Part shown: positions 10,453 to 26,600 of the stretch, piece after piece | Layout of the letters: each line of letters starts with the position of its first letter | Numbering within the stretch: the stretch's first letter is position 1 | From: Auanema rhodensis | Lineage: Eukaryota; Animalia; Nematoda | Direction of reading: 5' to 3' | DNA length: 64,000 nucleotides | Assembly (NCBI GenBank): GCA_964057225.1 | Contig: OZ059897.1 | Location: 5,022,001 to 5,086,000, forward strand | Notes under the pieces: generated by a model | Told to the model about the DNA's origin: nothing | Databases searched by the model: none | Seen by the model: only the letters and a program-made list of their open reading frames with translations | Program-made: the position numbers and the translations under genes

Positions 10453-13400
10453 AATATCAATAAAAATTTGTTTTTAGACTAATATGGACATGGGGAATCT
10501 AATTTTGAAAACCGCATCTCTTTATCTTTCACGTGAAGTGGGTTACATACCAAGTGCACATCACGTGTACATTTAATTAGCATAAATTAAAGTTCACGTA
10601 AATTTCAAAGTCATGGTTACCATGCACAAATATCAATAAAAATTTGTTTTTAGACTAATATGGACATGGGGAATCTAATTTTAAAAACCGCATCTCTTTA
10701 TCTTTCACGTGAAGTGAGTTACATACCAAGTGCACAGCACGTGTACATTTAATTAGCATAAATTAAAGTTCACGTAAATTTCAAAGTCATGGTTACCATG
10801 CACTAATATCAATAAAAATTTGTTTTTAGACTAATATGGACATGGGGAATCTAATTTTGAAAACCGCATCTCTTTATCTTTCACGTGAAGCAAGTTACAT
10901 ACCAAGTGCATATCACGTGCACATTTAATTAGCATAAATTAAAGTTCACGTAAATTTCAAACTCATGGTTACCATGCACCAATATCAATAAAAATTTGTT
11001 TTTAGACTAATATGGACATGGGGAATCTAATTTTGGAAACCGCATCTCTTTATCTTTCACGTGAAGTGAGTTACATACCAAGTGCACATCACGTGTACAT
11101 TTAATTAGCATAAATTAAAGTTCACGTAAATTTCAAAGTCATGGTTACCATGCACCAATATCAATAAAAATTTGTTTTTAGACTAATATGGACATGGGGA
11201 ATCTAATTTTAAAAACCGCATCTCTTTATCTTTCACGTGAAGCAAGTTACATACCAAGTGCATAGCACGTGTACATTTAATTAGCATAAATTAAAGTTCA
11301 CGTAAATTTCAAAGTCATGGTTACCATGCACCAATATCAATAAAAATTTGTTTTTAGACTAATATGGACATGGGGAATCTAATTTTGAAAACCGCATCTC
11401 TTTATCTTTCACGTGAAGCAAGTTACATACCAAGTGCATATCACGTGCACAATTAATTAGCATAAATTAAAGTTCACGTAAATTTCAAAGTCATGGTTAC
11501 CATGCACAAATATCAATAAAAATTTGTTTTTAGACTAATATGGACATGGGGAATCTAATTTTAAAAACCGCATCTCTTTATCTTTCACGTGAAGTGGGTT
11601 ACATACCAAGTGCACATCACGTGTACATTTAATTAGCATAAATTAAAGTTCACGTAAATTTCAAAGTCATGGTGACCATGCACTAATATCAATAAAAATT
11701 TGTTTTTAGACTAATATGGACATGGGGAATCTAATTTTAAAAACCGCATCTCTTTATCTTTCAAGTGAAGCAAGTTACATACCAAGTGCACAGCACGTGT
11801 ACATTTAATTAGCATAAATTAAAGTTCACGTAAATTTCAAAGTCATGGTTACCATGCACCAATATCAATAAAAATTTGTTTTTAGACTAATATGGACATG
11901 GGGAATCTAATATTGAAAACCGCATCTCTTTATCTTTCACGTGAAGCAAATTACATCCCAAGTGCACATCACGTGTACATTTAATTAGCATAAATTAAAG
12001 TTCACGTAAATTTCAAAGTCATGGTTACCATGCACCAATATCAATAAAAATTTGTTTTTAGACTAATATGGATATGGGGAATCTAATTTTGAAAACCGCA
12101 TCTCTTTATCTTTCACGTGAAGCGAGTTACATACCAAGTGCACATCACGTGTGCATTTAATTAGCATAAATTAAAGTTCACGTAAATTTCAAAGTCATGG
12201 TTACCATGAACCAATATCAATAAAAATTTGTTTTTAGACTAATATGGACATGGGGAATCTAATTTTAAAAACCGCATCTCTTTATCTTTCACGTGAAGTG
12301 AGTTACATACCAAGTGCACAGCACGTGTACATTTAATTAGCATAAATTAAAGTTCACGTAAATTTCAAAGTCATGGTTACCATGCACCAATATCAATAAA
12401 AATTTGTTTTTAGACTAATATGGACATGGGGAATCTAATATTGAAAACCGCATCTCTTTATCTTTCACGTGAAGCAAATTACATACCAAGTGCACATCAC
12501 GTGTGCATTTAATTAGCATAAATTAAAGTTCACGTAAATTTCAAAGTCATGGTTACCATGAACCAATATCAATAAAAATTTGTTTTTAGACTAATATGGA
12601 CATGGGGAATCTAATTTTGAAAACCGCATCTCTTTATCTTTCACGTGAAGTGGGTTACATACCAAGTGCACATCACGTGTACATTTAATTAGCATAAATT
12701 AAAGTTCACGTAAATTTCAAAGTCATGGTTACCATGCACAAATATCAATAAAAATTTGTTTTTAGACTAATATGGACATGGGGAATCTAATTTTAAAAAC
12801 CGCATCTCTTTATCTTTCACGTGAAGTGAGTTACATACCAAGTGCACAGCACGTGTACATTTAATTAGCATAAATTAAAGTTCACGTAAATTTCAAAGTC
12901 ATGGTTACCATGCACTAATATCAATAAAAATTTGTTTTTAGACTAATATGGACATGGGGAATCTAATTTTGAAAACCGCATCTCTTTATCTTTCACGTGA
13001 AGCAAGTTACATACCAAGTGCATATCACGTGCACATTTAATTAGCATAAATTAAAGTTCACGTAAATTTCAAACTCATGGTTACCATGCACCAATATCAA
13101 TAAAAATTTGTTTTTAGACTAATATGGACATGGGGAATCTAATTTTGGAAACCGCATCTCTTTATCTTTCACGTGAAGTGAGTTACATACCAAGTGCACA
13201 TCACGTGTACATTTAATTAGCATAAATTAAAGTTCACGTAAATTTCAAAGTCATGGTTACCATGCACCAATATCAATAAAAATTTGTTTTTAGACTAATA
13301 TGGACATGGGGAATCTAATTTTAAAAACCGCATCTCTTTATCTTTCACGTGAAGCAAGTTACATACCAAGTGCATAGCACGTGTACATTTAATTAGCATA

Positions 13401-14378
13401 AATTAAAGTTCACGTAAATTTCAAAGTCATGGTTACCATGCACCAATATCAATAAAAATTTGTTTTTAGACTAATATGGACATGGGGAATCTAATTTTGA
13501 AAACCGCATCTCTTTATCTTTCACGTGAAGCAAGTTACATACCAAGTGCATATCACGTGCACAATTAATTAGCATAAATTAAAGTTCACGTAAATTTCAA
13601 AGTCATGGTTACCATGCACAAATATCAATAAAAATTTGTTTTTAGACTAATATGGACATGGGGAATCTAATTTTAAAAACCGCATCTCTTTATCTTTCAC
13701 GTGAAGTGGGTTACATACCAAGTGCACATCACGTGTACATTTAATTAGCATAAATTAAAGTTCACGTAAATTTCAAAGTCATGGTGACCATGCACTAATA
13801 TCAATAAAAATTTGTTTTTAGACTAATATGGACATGGGGAATCTAATTTTAAAAACCGCATCTCTTTATCTTTCAAGTGAAGCAAGTTACATACCAAGTG
13901 CACAGCACGTGTACATTTAATTAGCATAAATTAAAGTTCACGTAAATTTCAAAGTCATGGTTACCATGCACCAATATCAATAAAAATTTGTTTTTAGACT
14001 AATATGGACATGGGGAATCTAATATTGAAAACCGCATCTCTTTATCTTTCACGTGAAGCAAATTACATCCCAAGTGCACATCACGTGTACATTTAATTAG
14101 CATAAATTAAAGTTCACGTAAATTTCAAAGTCATGGTTACCATGCACCAATATCAATAAAAATTTGTTTTTAGACTAATATGGATATGGGGAATCTAATT
14201 TTGAAAACCGCATCTCTTTATCTTTCACGTGAAGCGAGTTACATACCAAGTGCACATCACGTGTGCATTTAATTAGCATAAATTAAAGTTCACGTAAATT
14301 TCAAAGTCATGGTTACCATGAACCAATATCAATAAAAATTTGTTTTTAGACTAATATGGACATGGGGAATCTAATTTT
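10453..14378 (+). repeat. ~10-monomer block duplicated at 12-monomer (2112 bp) spacing
   Basis: A148 occurs at 11764/13876 and the rare A65 (CATGAACC) at 12209/14321, both 2112 bp apart. Copies span about 10453-12266 and 12565-14378. Confidence 0.85.
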
Positions 14379-17300
14379 GAAAACCGCATCTCTTTATCTT
14401 TCACGTGAAGCAAGTTACATACCAAGTGCATATCACGTGCACATTTAATTAGCATAAATTAAAGTTCACGTAAATTTCAAACTCATGGTTACCATGCACC
14501 AATATCAATAAAAATTTGTTTTTAGACTAATATGGACATGGGGAATCTAATTTTGGAAACCGCATCTCTTTATCTTTCACGTGAAGTGAGTTACATACCA
14601 AGTGCACATCACGTGTACATTTAATTAGCATAAATTAAAGTTCACGTAAATTTCAAAGTCATGGTTACCATGCACCAATATCAATAAAAATTTGTTTTTA
14701 GACTAATATGGACATGGGGAATCTAATTTTAAAAACCGCATCTCTTTATCTTTCACGTGAAGCAAGTTACATACCAAGTGCATAGCACGTGTACATTTAA
14801 TTAGCATAAATTAAAGTTCACGTAAATTTCAAAGTCATGGTTACCATGCACCAATATCAATAAAAATTTGTTTTTAGACTAATATGGACATGGGGAATCT
14901 AATTTTGAAAACCGCATCTCTTTATCTTTCACGTGAAGCAAGTTACATACCAAGTGCATATCACGTGCACAATTAATTAGCATAAATTAAAGTTCACGTA
15001 AATTTCAAACTCATGGTTACCATGCACCAATATCAATAAAAATTTGTTTTTAGACTAATATGGACATGGGGAATCTAATTTTGGAAACCGCATCTCTTTA
15101 TCTTTCACGTGAAGTGGGTTACATACCAAGTGCACATCACGTGTACATTTAATTAGCATAAATTAAAGTTCACGTAAATTTCAAAGTCATGGTTACCATG
15201 CACTAATATCAATAAAAATTTGTTTTTAGACTAATATGGACATGGGGAATCTAATTTTGAAAACCGCATCTCTTTATCTTTCACGTGAAGTGGGTTACAT
15301 ACCAAGTGCACATCACGTGTACATTTAATTAGCATAAATTAAAGTTCACGTAAATTTCAAAGTCATGGTTACCATGCACAAATATCAATAAAAATTTGTT
15401 TTTAGACTAATATGGACATGGGGAATCTAATTTTAAAAACCGCATCTCTTTATCTTTCACGTGAAGTGAGTTACATACCAAGTGCACAGCACGTGTACAT
15501 TTAATTAGCATAAATTAAAGTTCACGTAAATTTCAAAGTCATGGTTACCATGCACTAATATCAATAAAAATTTGTTTTTAGACTAATATGGACATGGGGA
15601 ATCTAATTTTGAAAACCGCATCTCTTTATCTTTCACGTGAAGCAAGTTACATACCAAGTGCATATCACGTGCACATTTAATTAGCATAAATTAAAGTTCA
15701 CGTAAATTTCAAACTCATGGTTACCATGCACCAATATCAATAAAAATTTGTTTTTAGACTAATATGGACATGGGGAATCTAATTTTGGAAACCGCATCTC
15801 TTTATCTTTCACGTGAAGTGAGTTACATACCAAGTGCACATCACGTGTACATTTAATTAGCATAAATTAAAGTTCACGTAAATTTCAAAGTCATGGTTAC
15901 CATGCACCAATATCAATAAAAATTTGTTTTTAGACTAATATGGACATGGGGAATCTAATTTTAAAAACCGCATCTCTTTATCTTTCACGTGAAGCAAGTT
16001 ACATACCAAGTGCATAGCACGTGTACATTTAATTAGCATAAATTAAAGTTCACGTAAATTTCAAAGTCATGGTTACCATGCACCAATATCAATAAAAATT
16101 TGTTTTTAGACTAATATGGACATGGGGAATCTAATTTTGAAAACCGCATCTCTTTATCTTTCACGTGAAGCAAGTTACATACCAAGTGCATATCACGTGC
16201 ACAATTAATTAGCATAAATTAAAGTTCACGTAAATTTCAAACTCATGGTTACCATGCACCAATATCAATAAAAATTTGTTTTTAGACTAATATGGACATG
16301 GGGAATCTAATTTTGGAAACCGCATCTCTTTATCTTTCACGTGAAGCGAGTTACATACCAAGTGCACATCACGTGTACATTTAATTAACATAAATTAAAG
16401 TTCACGTAAATTTCAAACTCATGGTTACCATGCACCAATATCAATAAAAATTTGTTTTTAGACTAATATGGACATGGGGAATCTAATTTTGAAAACCGCA
16501 TCTCTTTATCTTTCACGTGAAGTGGGTTACATACCAAGTGCACATCACGTGTACATTTAATTAGCATAAATTAAAGTTCACGTAAATTTCAAAGTCATGG
16601 TTACCATGCACCAATATCAATAAAAATTTGTTTTTAGACTAATATGGACATGGGGAATCTAATTTTAAAAACCGCATCTCTTTATCTTTCACGTGAAGCA
16701 AGTTACATACCAAGTGCACAGCACGTGTACATTTAATTAGCATAAATTAAAGTTCACGTAAATTTCAAAGTCATGGTTACCATGCACCAATATCAATAAA
16801 AATTTGTTTTTAGACTAATATGGACATGGGGAATCTAATTTTGAAAACCGCATCTCTTTATCTTTCACGTGAAGTGGGTTACATACCAAGTGCACATCAC
16901 GTGTACATTTAATTAGCATAAATTAAAGTTCACGTAAATTTCAAAGTCATGGTTACCATGCACCAATATCAATAAAAATTTGTTTTTAGACTAATATGGA
17001 CATGGGGAATCTAATTTTGAAAACCGCATCTCTTTATCTTTCACGTGAAGCAAGTTACATACCAAGTGCATATCACGTGCACAATTAATTAGCATAAATT
17101 AAAGTTCACGTAAATTTCAAAGTCATGGTTACCATGCACCAATATCAATAAAAATTTGTTTTTAGACTAATATGGACATGGGGAATCTAATTTTGAAAAC
17201 CGCATCTCTTTATCTTTCACGTGAAGCAAGTTACATACCAAGTGCATATCACGTGCACAATTAATTAGCATAAATTAAAGTTCACGTAAATTTCAAACTC

Positions 17301-20300
17301 ATGGTTACCATGCACCAATATCAATAAAAATTTGTTTTTAGACTAATATGGACATGGGGAATCTAATTTTGAAAACCGCATCTCTTTATCTTTCACGTGA
17401 AGTGGGTTACATACCAAGTGCACATCACGTGTACATTTAATTAGCATAAATTAAAGTTCACGTAAATTTCAAAGTCATGGTGACCATGCACTAATATCAA
17501 TAAAAATTTGTTTTTAGACTAATATGGACATGGGGAATCTAATTTTAAAAACCGCATCTCTTTATCTTTCGAGTGAAGCAAGTTACATACCAAGTGCACA
17601 GCACGTGTACATTTAATTAGCATAAATTAAAGTTCACGTAAATTTCAAAGTCATGGTTACCATGCACCAATATCAATAAAAATTTGTTTTTAGACTAATA
17701 TGGACATGGGGAATCTAATATTGAAAACCGCATCTCTTTATCTTTCACGTGAAGCAAATTACATCCCAAGTGCACATCACGTGTACATTTAATTAGCATA
17801 AATTAAAGTTCACGTAAATTTCAAAGTCATGGTTACCATGCACCAATATCAATAAAAATTTGTTTTTAGACTAATATGGATATGGGGAATCTAATTTTGA
17901 AAACCGCATCTCTTTATCTTTCACGTGAAGCGAGTTACATACCAAGTGCACATCACGTGTGCATTTAATTAGCATAAATTAAAGTTCACGTAAATTTCAA
18001 AATCATGGTTACCATGCACTAATATCAATAAAAATTTGTTTTTAGACTAATATGGACATGGGGAATCTAATTTTGAAAACCGCATCTCTTTATCTTTCAC
18101 GTGAAGCAAGTTACATACCAAGTGCATATCACGTGCACATTTAATTAGCATAAATTAAAGTTCACGTAAATTTCAAACTCATGGTTACCATGCACCAATA
18201 TCAATAAAAATTTGTTTTTAGACTAATATGGACATGGGGAATCTAATTTTGGAAACCGCATCTCTTTATCTTTCACGTGAAGTGAGTTACATACCAAGTG
18301 CACATCACGTGTACATTTAATTAGCATAAATTAAAGTTCACGTAAATTTCAAAGTCATGGTTACCATGCACCAATATCAATAAAAATTTGTTTTTAGACT
18401 AATATGGACATGGGGAATCTAATTTTAAAAACCGCATCTCTTTATCTTTCACGTGAAGCAAGTTACATACCAAGTGCATAGCACGTGTACATTTAATTAG
18501 CATAAATTAAAGTTCACGTAAATTTCAAAGTCATGGTTACCATGCACCAATATCAATAAAAATTTGTTTTTAGACTAATATGGACATGGGGAATCTAATT
18601 TTGAAAACCGCATCTCTTTATCTTTCACGTGAAGCAAGTTACATACCAAGTGCATATCACGTGCACAATTAATTAGCATAAATTAAAGTTCACGTAAATT
18701 TCAAACTCATGGTTACCATGCACCAATATCAATAAAAATTTGTTTTTAGACTAATATGGACATGGGGAATCTAATTTTGAAAACCGCATCTCTTTATCTT
18801 TCACGTGAAGCGAGTTACATACCAAGTGCACATCACGTGTACATTTAATTAACATAAATTAAAGTTCACGTAAATTTCAAACTCATGGTTACCATGCACC
18901 AATATCAATAAAAATTTGTTTTTAGACTAATATGGACATGGGGAATCTAATTTTAAAAACCGCATCTCTTTATCTTTCACGTGAAGCAAGTTACATACCA
19001 AGTGCACAGCACGTGTACATTTAATTAGCATAAATTAAAGTTCACGTAAATTTCAAAGTCATGGTTACCATGCACCAATATCAATAAAAATTTGTTTTTA
19101 GACTAATATGGACATGGGGAATCTAATTTTGAAAACCGCATCTCTTTATCTTTCACGTGAAGTGGGTTACATACCAAGTGCACATCACGTGTACATTTAA
19201 TTAGCATAAATTAAAGTTCACGTAAATTTCAAAGTCATGGTGACCATGCACTAATATCAATAAAAATTTGTTTTTAGACTAATATGGACATGGGGAATCT
19301 AATTTTAAAAACCGCATCTCTTTATCTTTCAAGTGAAGCAAGTTACATACCAAGTGCACAGCACGTGTACATTTAATTAGCATAAATTAAAGTTCACGTA
19401 AATTTCAAAGTCATGGTTACCATGCACCAATATCAATAAAAATTTGTTTTTAGACTAATATGGACATGGGGAATCTAATATTGAAAACCGCATCTCTTTA
19501 TCTTTCACGTGAAGCAAATTACATCCCAAGTGCACATCACGTGTACATTTAATTAGCATAAATTAAAGTTCACGTAAATTTCAAAGTCATGGTTACCATG
19601 CACCAATATCAATAAAAATTTGTTTTTAGACTAATATGGATATGGGGAATCTAATTTTGAAAACCGCATCTCTTTATCTTTCACGTGAAGCGAGTTACAT
19701 ACCAAGTGCACATCACGTGTGCATTTAATTAGCATAAATTAAAGTTCACGTAAATTTCAAAATCATGGTTACCATGCACCAATATCAATAAAAATTTGTT
19801 TTTAGACTAATATGCACATGGGGAATCTAATTTTAAAAACCGCATCTCTTTATCTTTCACGTGAAGTGAGTTACATACCAAGTGCACAGCACGTGTACAT
19901 TTAATTAGCATAAATTAAAGTTCACGTAAATTTCAAAGTCATGGTTACCATGCACTAATATCAATAAAAATTTGTTTTTAGACTAATATGGACATGGGGA
20001 ATCTAATTTTGAAAACCGCATCTCTTCATCTTTCACGTGAAGCAAGTTACATACCAAGTGCACATCACGTGCACATTTAATTAGCATAAATTAAAGTTCA
20101 CGTAAATTTCAAAGTCATGGTTACCATGCACCAATATCAATAAAAATTTGTTTTTAGACTAATATGGACATGGGGAATCTAATTTTGAAAACCGCATCTC
20201 TTTATCTTTCACGTGAAGCGAGTTACATACCAAGTGCACATCACGTGTACATTTAATTAGCATAACTTGAAGTTCACGTAAATTTCAAAGTCATGGTTAC

Positions 20301-20601
20301 CATGCACCAATATCAATAAAAATTTGTTTTTAGACTAATATGGACATGGGGAATCTAATTTTGAAAACCGCGTCTCTTTATCTTTCACGTGAAGCGAGTT
20401 ACATACCAAGTGCACATCACGTGTACATTTAATTAGCATAAATTAAAGTTCACGTAAATTTCAAAGTCATGGTTACCATGCACCAATATCAATAAAAATT
20501 TGTTTTTAGACTAATATGGACATGGGGAATCTAATTTTAAAAACCGCATCTCTTCATCTTTCACGTGAAGCAAGTTACATACCAAGTGCACAGCACGTGT
20601 A

Positions 20602-23600
20602 CATTTAATTAGCATAAATTAAAGTTCACGTAAATTTCAAAGTCATGGTTACCATGCACCAATATCAATAAAAATTTGTTTTTAGACTAATATGGACATG
20701 GGGAATCTAATTTTGAAAACCGCATCTCTTTATCTTTCACGTGAAGTGAGTTACATACCAAGTGTACATCACGTGCACATTTAATTAGCATAAATTAAAG
20801 TTAACGTAAATTTCAAAGTCATGGTTACCATGCACCAATATCAATAAAAATTTGTTTTTAGACTAATATGGACATGGGGAATCTAATTTTGAAAACCGCA
20901 TCTCTTTATCTTTCACGTGAAGCGAGTTACATACCAAGTGCACATCACGTGTACATTTAATTAGCATAAATTAAAGTTCACGTAAATTTCAAAGTCATGG
21001 TGACCATGCACCAATATCAATAAAAATTTGTTTTCAGACTAATATGGAGATGGGGAATCTAATATTGAAAACCGCATCTCTTTATCTTTCACGTGAAGCA
21101 AGTTACATCCCAAGTGCACATCACGTGTACATTTAATTAGCATAAATTAAAGTTCACGTAAATTTCAAAGTCATGGTTACCATGCACCAATATCAATAAA
21201 AATTTGTTTTTAGACTAATATGGATATGGGGAATCTAATTTTGAAAACCGCATCTCTTTATCTTTCACGTGAAGCGAGTTACATACCAAGTGCACAGCAC
21301 GTGTACATTTAATTAGCATAAATTAAAGTTCACGTAAATTTCAAAATCATGGTTACCATGCACCAATATCAATAAAAATTTGTTTTCAGACTAATATGGA
21401 GATGGGGAATCTAATATTGAAAACCGCATCTCTTTATCTTTCACGTGAAGCAAGTTACATACCAAGTGCACAGCACGTGTACATTTAATTAGCATAAATT
21501 AAAGTTCACGTAAATTTCAAAGTCATGGTTACCATGCACTAATATCAATAAAAATTTGTTTTTAGACTAATATGGACATGGGGAATCTAATTTTGAAAAC
21601 CGAATCTCTTTATCTTTCACGTGAAGCAAGTTACATACCAAGTGCACATCACGTGCACATTTAATTAGCATAAATTAAAGTTCACGTAAATTTCAAAGTC
21701 ATGGTTACCATGCACCAATATCAATAAAAATTTGTTTTTAGACTAATATGGACATGGGGAATCTAATTTTGAAAACCGCATCTCTTTATCTTTCACGTGA
21801 AGCGAGTTACATACCAAGTGCACATCACGTGCACATTTAATTAGCATAAATTAAAGTTCACGTAAATTTCAAAGTCATGGTTACCATGCACCAATATCAA
21901 TAAAAATTTGTTTTTAGACTAATATGGACATGGGGAATCTAATTTTGAAAACCGCGTCTCTTTATCTTTCACGTGAAGCGAGTTACATACCAAGTGCACA
22001 TCACGTGCACATTTAATTAGCATAAATTAAAGTTAACGTAAATTTCAAAGTCATGGTTACCATGCACCAATATCAATAAAAATTTGTTTTTAGACTAATA
22101 TGGACATGGGGAATCTAATTTTGAAAACCGCATCTCTTTATCTTTCACGTGAAGCGAGTTACATACCAAGTGCACATCACGTGTACATTTAATTAGCATA
22201 AATTAAAGTTCACGTAAATTTCAAAGTCATGGTGACCATGCACCAATATCAATAAAAATTTGTTTTCAGACTAATATGGAGATGGGGAATCTAATATTGA
22301 AAACCGCATCTCTTTATCTTTCACGTGAAGCAAGTTACATCCCAAGTGCACATCACGTGTACATTTAATTAGCATAAATTAAAGTTCACGTAAATTTCAA
22401 AGTCATGGTTACCATGCACCAATATCAATAAAAATTTGTTTTTAGACTAATATGGATATGGGGAATCTAATTTTGAAAACCGCATCTCTTTATCTTTCAC
22501 GTGAAGCGAGTTACATACCAAGTGCACAGCACGTGTACATTTAATTAGCATAAATTAAAGTTCACGTAAATTTCAAAATCATGGTTACCATGCACCAATA
22601 TCAATAAAAATTTGTTTTCAGACTAATATGGAGATGGGGAATCTAATATTGAAAACCGCATCTCTTTATCTTTCACGTGAAGCAAGTTACATACCAAGTG
22701 CACAGCACGTGTACATTTAATTAGCATAAATTAAAGTTCACGTAAATTTCAAAGTCATGGTTACCATGCACTAATATCAATAAAAATTTGTTTTTAGACT
22801 AATATGGACATGGGGAATCTAATTTTGAAAACCGAATCTCTTTATCTTTCACGTGAAGCAAGTTACATACCAAGTGCACATCACGTGCACATTTAATTAG
22901 CATAAATTAAAGTTCACGTAAATTTCAAAGTCATGGTTACCATGCACCAATATCAATAAAAATTTGTTTTTAGACTAATATGGACATGGGGAATCTAATT
23001 TTGAAAACCGCATCTCTTTATCTTTCACGTGAAGCGAGTTACATACCAAGTGCACATCACGTGCACATTTAATTAGCATAAATTAAAGTTCACGTAAATT
23101 TCAAAGTCATGGTTACCATGCACCAATATCAATAAAAATTTGTTTTTAGACTAATATGGACATGGGGAATCTAATTTTGAAAACCGCGTCTCTTTATCTT
23201 TCACGTGAAGCGAGTTACATACCAAGTGCACATCACGTGCACATTTAATTAGCATAAATTAAAGTTAACGTAAATTTCAAAGTCATGGTTACCATGCACC
23301 AATATCAATAAAAATTTGTTTTTAGACTAATATGGACATGGGGAATCTAATTTTGAAAACCGCATCTCTTTATCTTTCACGTGAAGCGAGTTACATACCA
23401 AGTGCACATCACGTGTACATTTAATTAGCATAAATTAAAGTTCACGTAAATTTCAAAGTCATGGTGACCATGCACTAATATCAATAAAAATTTGTTTTTA
23501 GACTAATATGGACATGGGGAATCTAATTTTAAAAACCGCATCTCTTTATCTTTCACGTGAAGCAAGTTACATACCAAGTGCACAGCACGTGTACATTTAA

Positions 23601-26600
23601 TTAGCATAAATTAAAGTTCACGTAAATTTCAAAGTCATGGTTACCATGCACCAATATCAATAAAAATTTGTTTTCAGACTAATATGGAGATGGGGAATCT
23701 AATATTGAAAACCGCATCTCTTTATCTTTCACGTGAAGCAAGTTACATCCCAAGTGCACATCACGTGTACATTTAATTAGCATAAATTAAAGTTCACGTA
23801 AATTTCAAAGTCATGGTTACCATGCACCAATATCAATAAAAATTTGTTTTTAGACTAATATGGATATGGGGAATCTAATTTTGAAAACCGCATCTCTTTA
23901 TCTTTCACGTGAAGCGAGTTACATACCAAGTGCACATCACGTGTGCATTTAATTAGCATAAATTAAAGTTCACGTAAATTTCAAAGTCATGGTTACCATG
24001 CACCAATATCAATAAAAATTTGTTTTTAGACTAATATGGACATGGGGAATCTAATTTTGAAAACCGCATCTCTTTATCTTTCACGTGAAGTGAGTTACAT
24101 ACCAAGTGTACATCACGTGCACATTTAATTAGCATAAATTAAAGTTAACGTAAATTTCAAAGTCATGGTTACCATGCACCAATATCAATAAAAATTTGTT
24201 TTTAGACTAATATGGACATGGGGAATCTAATTTTGAAAACCGCATCTCTTTATCTTTCACGTGAAGCGAGTTACATACCAAGTGCACATCACGTGTACAT
24301 TTAATTAGCATAAATTAAAGTTCACGTAAATTTCAAAGTCATGGTGACCATGCACCAATATCAATAAAAATTTGTTTTCAGACTAATATGGAGATGGGGA
24401 ATCTAATATTGAAAACCGCATCTCTTTATCTTTCACGTGAAGCAAGTTACATCCCAAGTGCACATCACGTGTACATTTAATTAGCATAAATTAAAGTTCA
24501 CGTAAATTTCAAAGTCATGGTTACCATGCACCAATATCAATAAAAATTTGTTTTTAGACTAATATGGATATGGGGAATCTAATTTTGAAAACCGCATCTC
24601 TTTATCTTTCACGTGAAGCGAGTTACATACCAAGTGCACAGCACGTGTACATTTAATTAGCATAAATTAAAGTTCACGTAAATTTCAAAATCATGGTTAC
24701 CATGCACCAATATCAATAAAAATTTGTTTTCAGACTAATATGGAGATGGGGAATCTAATATTGAAAACCGCATCTCTTTATCTTTCACGTGAAGCAAGTT
24801 ACATACCAAGTGCACAGCACGTGTACATTTAATTAGCATAAATTAAAGTTCACGTAAATTTCAAAGTCATGGTTACCATGCACTAATATCAATAAAAATT
24901 TGTTTTTAGACTAATATGGACATGGGGAATCTAATTTTGAAAACCGAATCTCTTTATCTTTCACGTGAAGCAAGTTACATACCAAGTGCACATCACGTGC
25001 ACATTTAATTAGCATAAATTAAAGTTCACGTAAATTTCAAAGTCATGGTTACCATGCACCAATATCAATAAAAATTTGTTTTTAGACTAATATGGACATG
25101 GGGAATCTAATTTTGAAAACCGCATCTCTTTATCTTTCACGTGAAGCGAGTTACATACCAAGTGCACATCACGTGCACATTTAATTAGCATAAATTAAAG
25201 TTCACGTAAATTTCAAAGTCATGGTTACCATGCACCAATATCAATAAAAATTTGTTTTTAGACTAATATGGACATGGGGAATCTAATTTTGAAAACCGCG
25301 TCTCTTTATCTTTCACGTGAAGCGAGTTACATACCAAGTGCACATCACGTGCACATTTAATTAGCATAAATTAAAGTTAACGTAAATTTCAAAGTCATGG
25401 TTACCATGCACCAATATCAATAAAAATTTGTTTTTAGACTAATATGGACATGGGGAATCTAATTTTGAAAACCGCATCTCTTTATCTTTCACGTGAAGCG
25501 AGTTACATACCAAGTGCACATCACGTGTACATTTAATTAGCATAAATTAAAGTTCACGTAAATTTCAAAGTCATGGTGACCATGCACCAATATCAATAAA
25601 AATTTGTTTTCAGACTAATATGGAGATGGGGAATCTAATATTGAAAACCGCATCTCTTTATCTTTCACGTGAAGCAAGTTACATCCCAAGTGCACATCAC
25701 GTGTACATTTAATTAGCATAAATTAAAGTTCACGTAAATTTCAAAGTCATGGTTACCATGCACCAATATCAATAAAAATTTGTTTTTAGACTAATATGGA
25801 TATGGGGAATCTAATTTTGAAAACCGCATCTCTTTATCTTTCACGTGAAGCGAGTTACATACCAAGTGCACAGCACGTGTACATTTAATTAGCATAAATT
25901 AAAGTTCACGTAAATTTCAAAATCATGGTTACCATGCACCAATATCAATAAAAATTTGTTTTCAGACTAATATGGAGATGGGGAATCTAATATTGAAAAC
26001 CGCATCTCTTTATCTTTCACGTGAAGCAAGTTACATACCAAGTGCACAGCACGTGTACATTTAATTAGCATAAATTAAAGTTCACGTAAATTTCAAAGTC
26101 ATGGTTACCATGCACTAATATCAATAAAAATTTGTTTTTAGACTAATATGGACATGGGGAATCTAATTTTGAAAACCGAATCTCTTTATCTTTCACGTGA
26201 AGCAAGTTACATACCAAGTGCACATCACGTGCACATTTAATTAGCATAAATTAAAGTTCACGTAAATTTCAAAGTCATGGTTACCATGCACCAATATCAA
26301 TAAAAATTTGTTTTTAGACTAATATGGACATGGGGAATCTAATTTTGAAAACCGCATCTCTTTATCTTTCACGTGAAGCGAGTTACATACCAAGTGCACA
26401 TCACGTGCACATTTAATTAGCATAAATTAAAGTTCACGTAAATTTCAAAGTCATGGTTACCATGCACCAATATCAATAAAAATTTGTTTTTAGACTAATA
26501 TGGACATGGGGAATCTAATTTTGAAAACCGCGTCTCTTTATCTTTCACGTGAAGCGAGTTACATACCAAGTGCACATCACGTGCACATTTAATTAGCATA

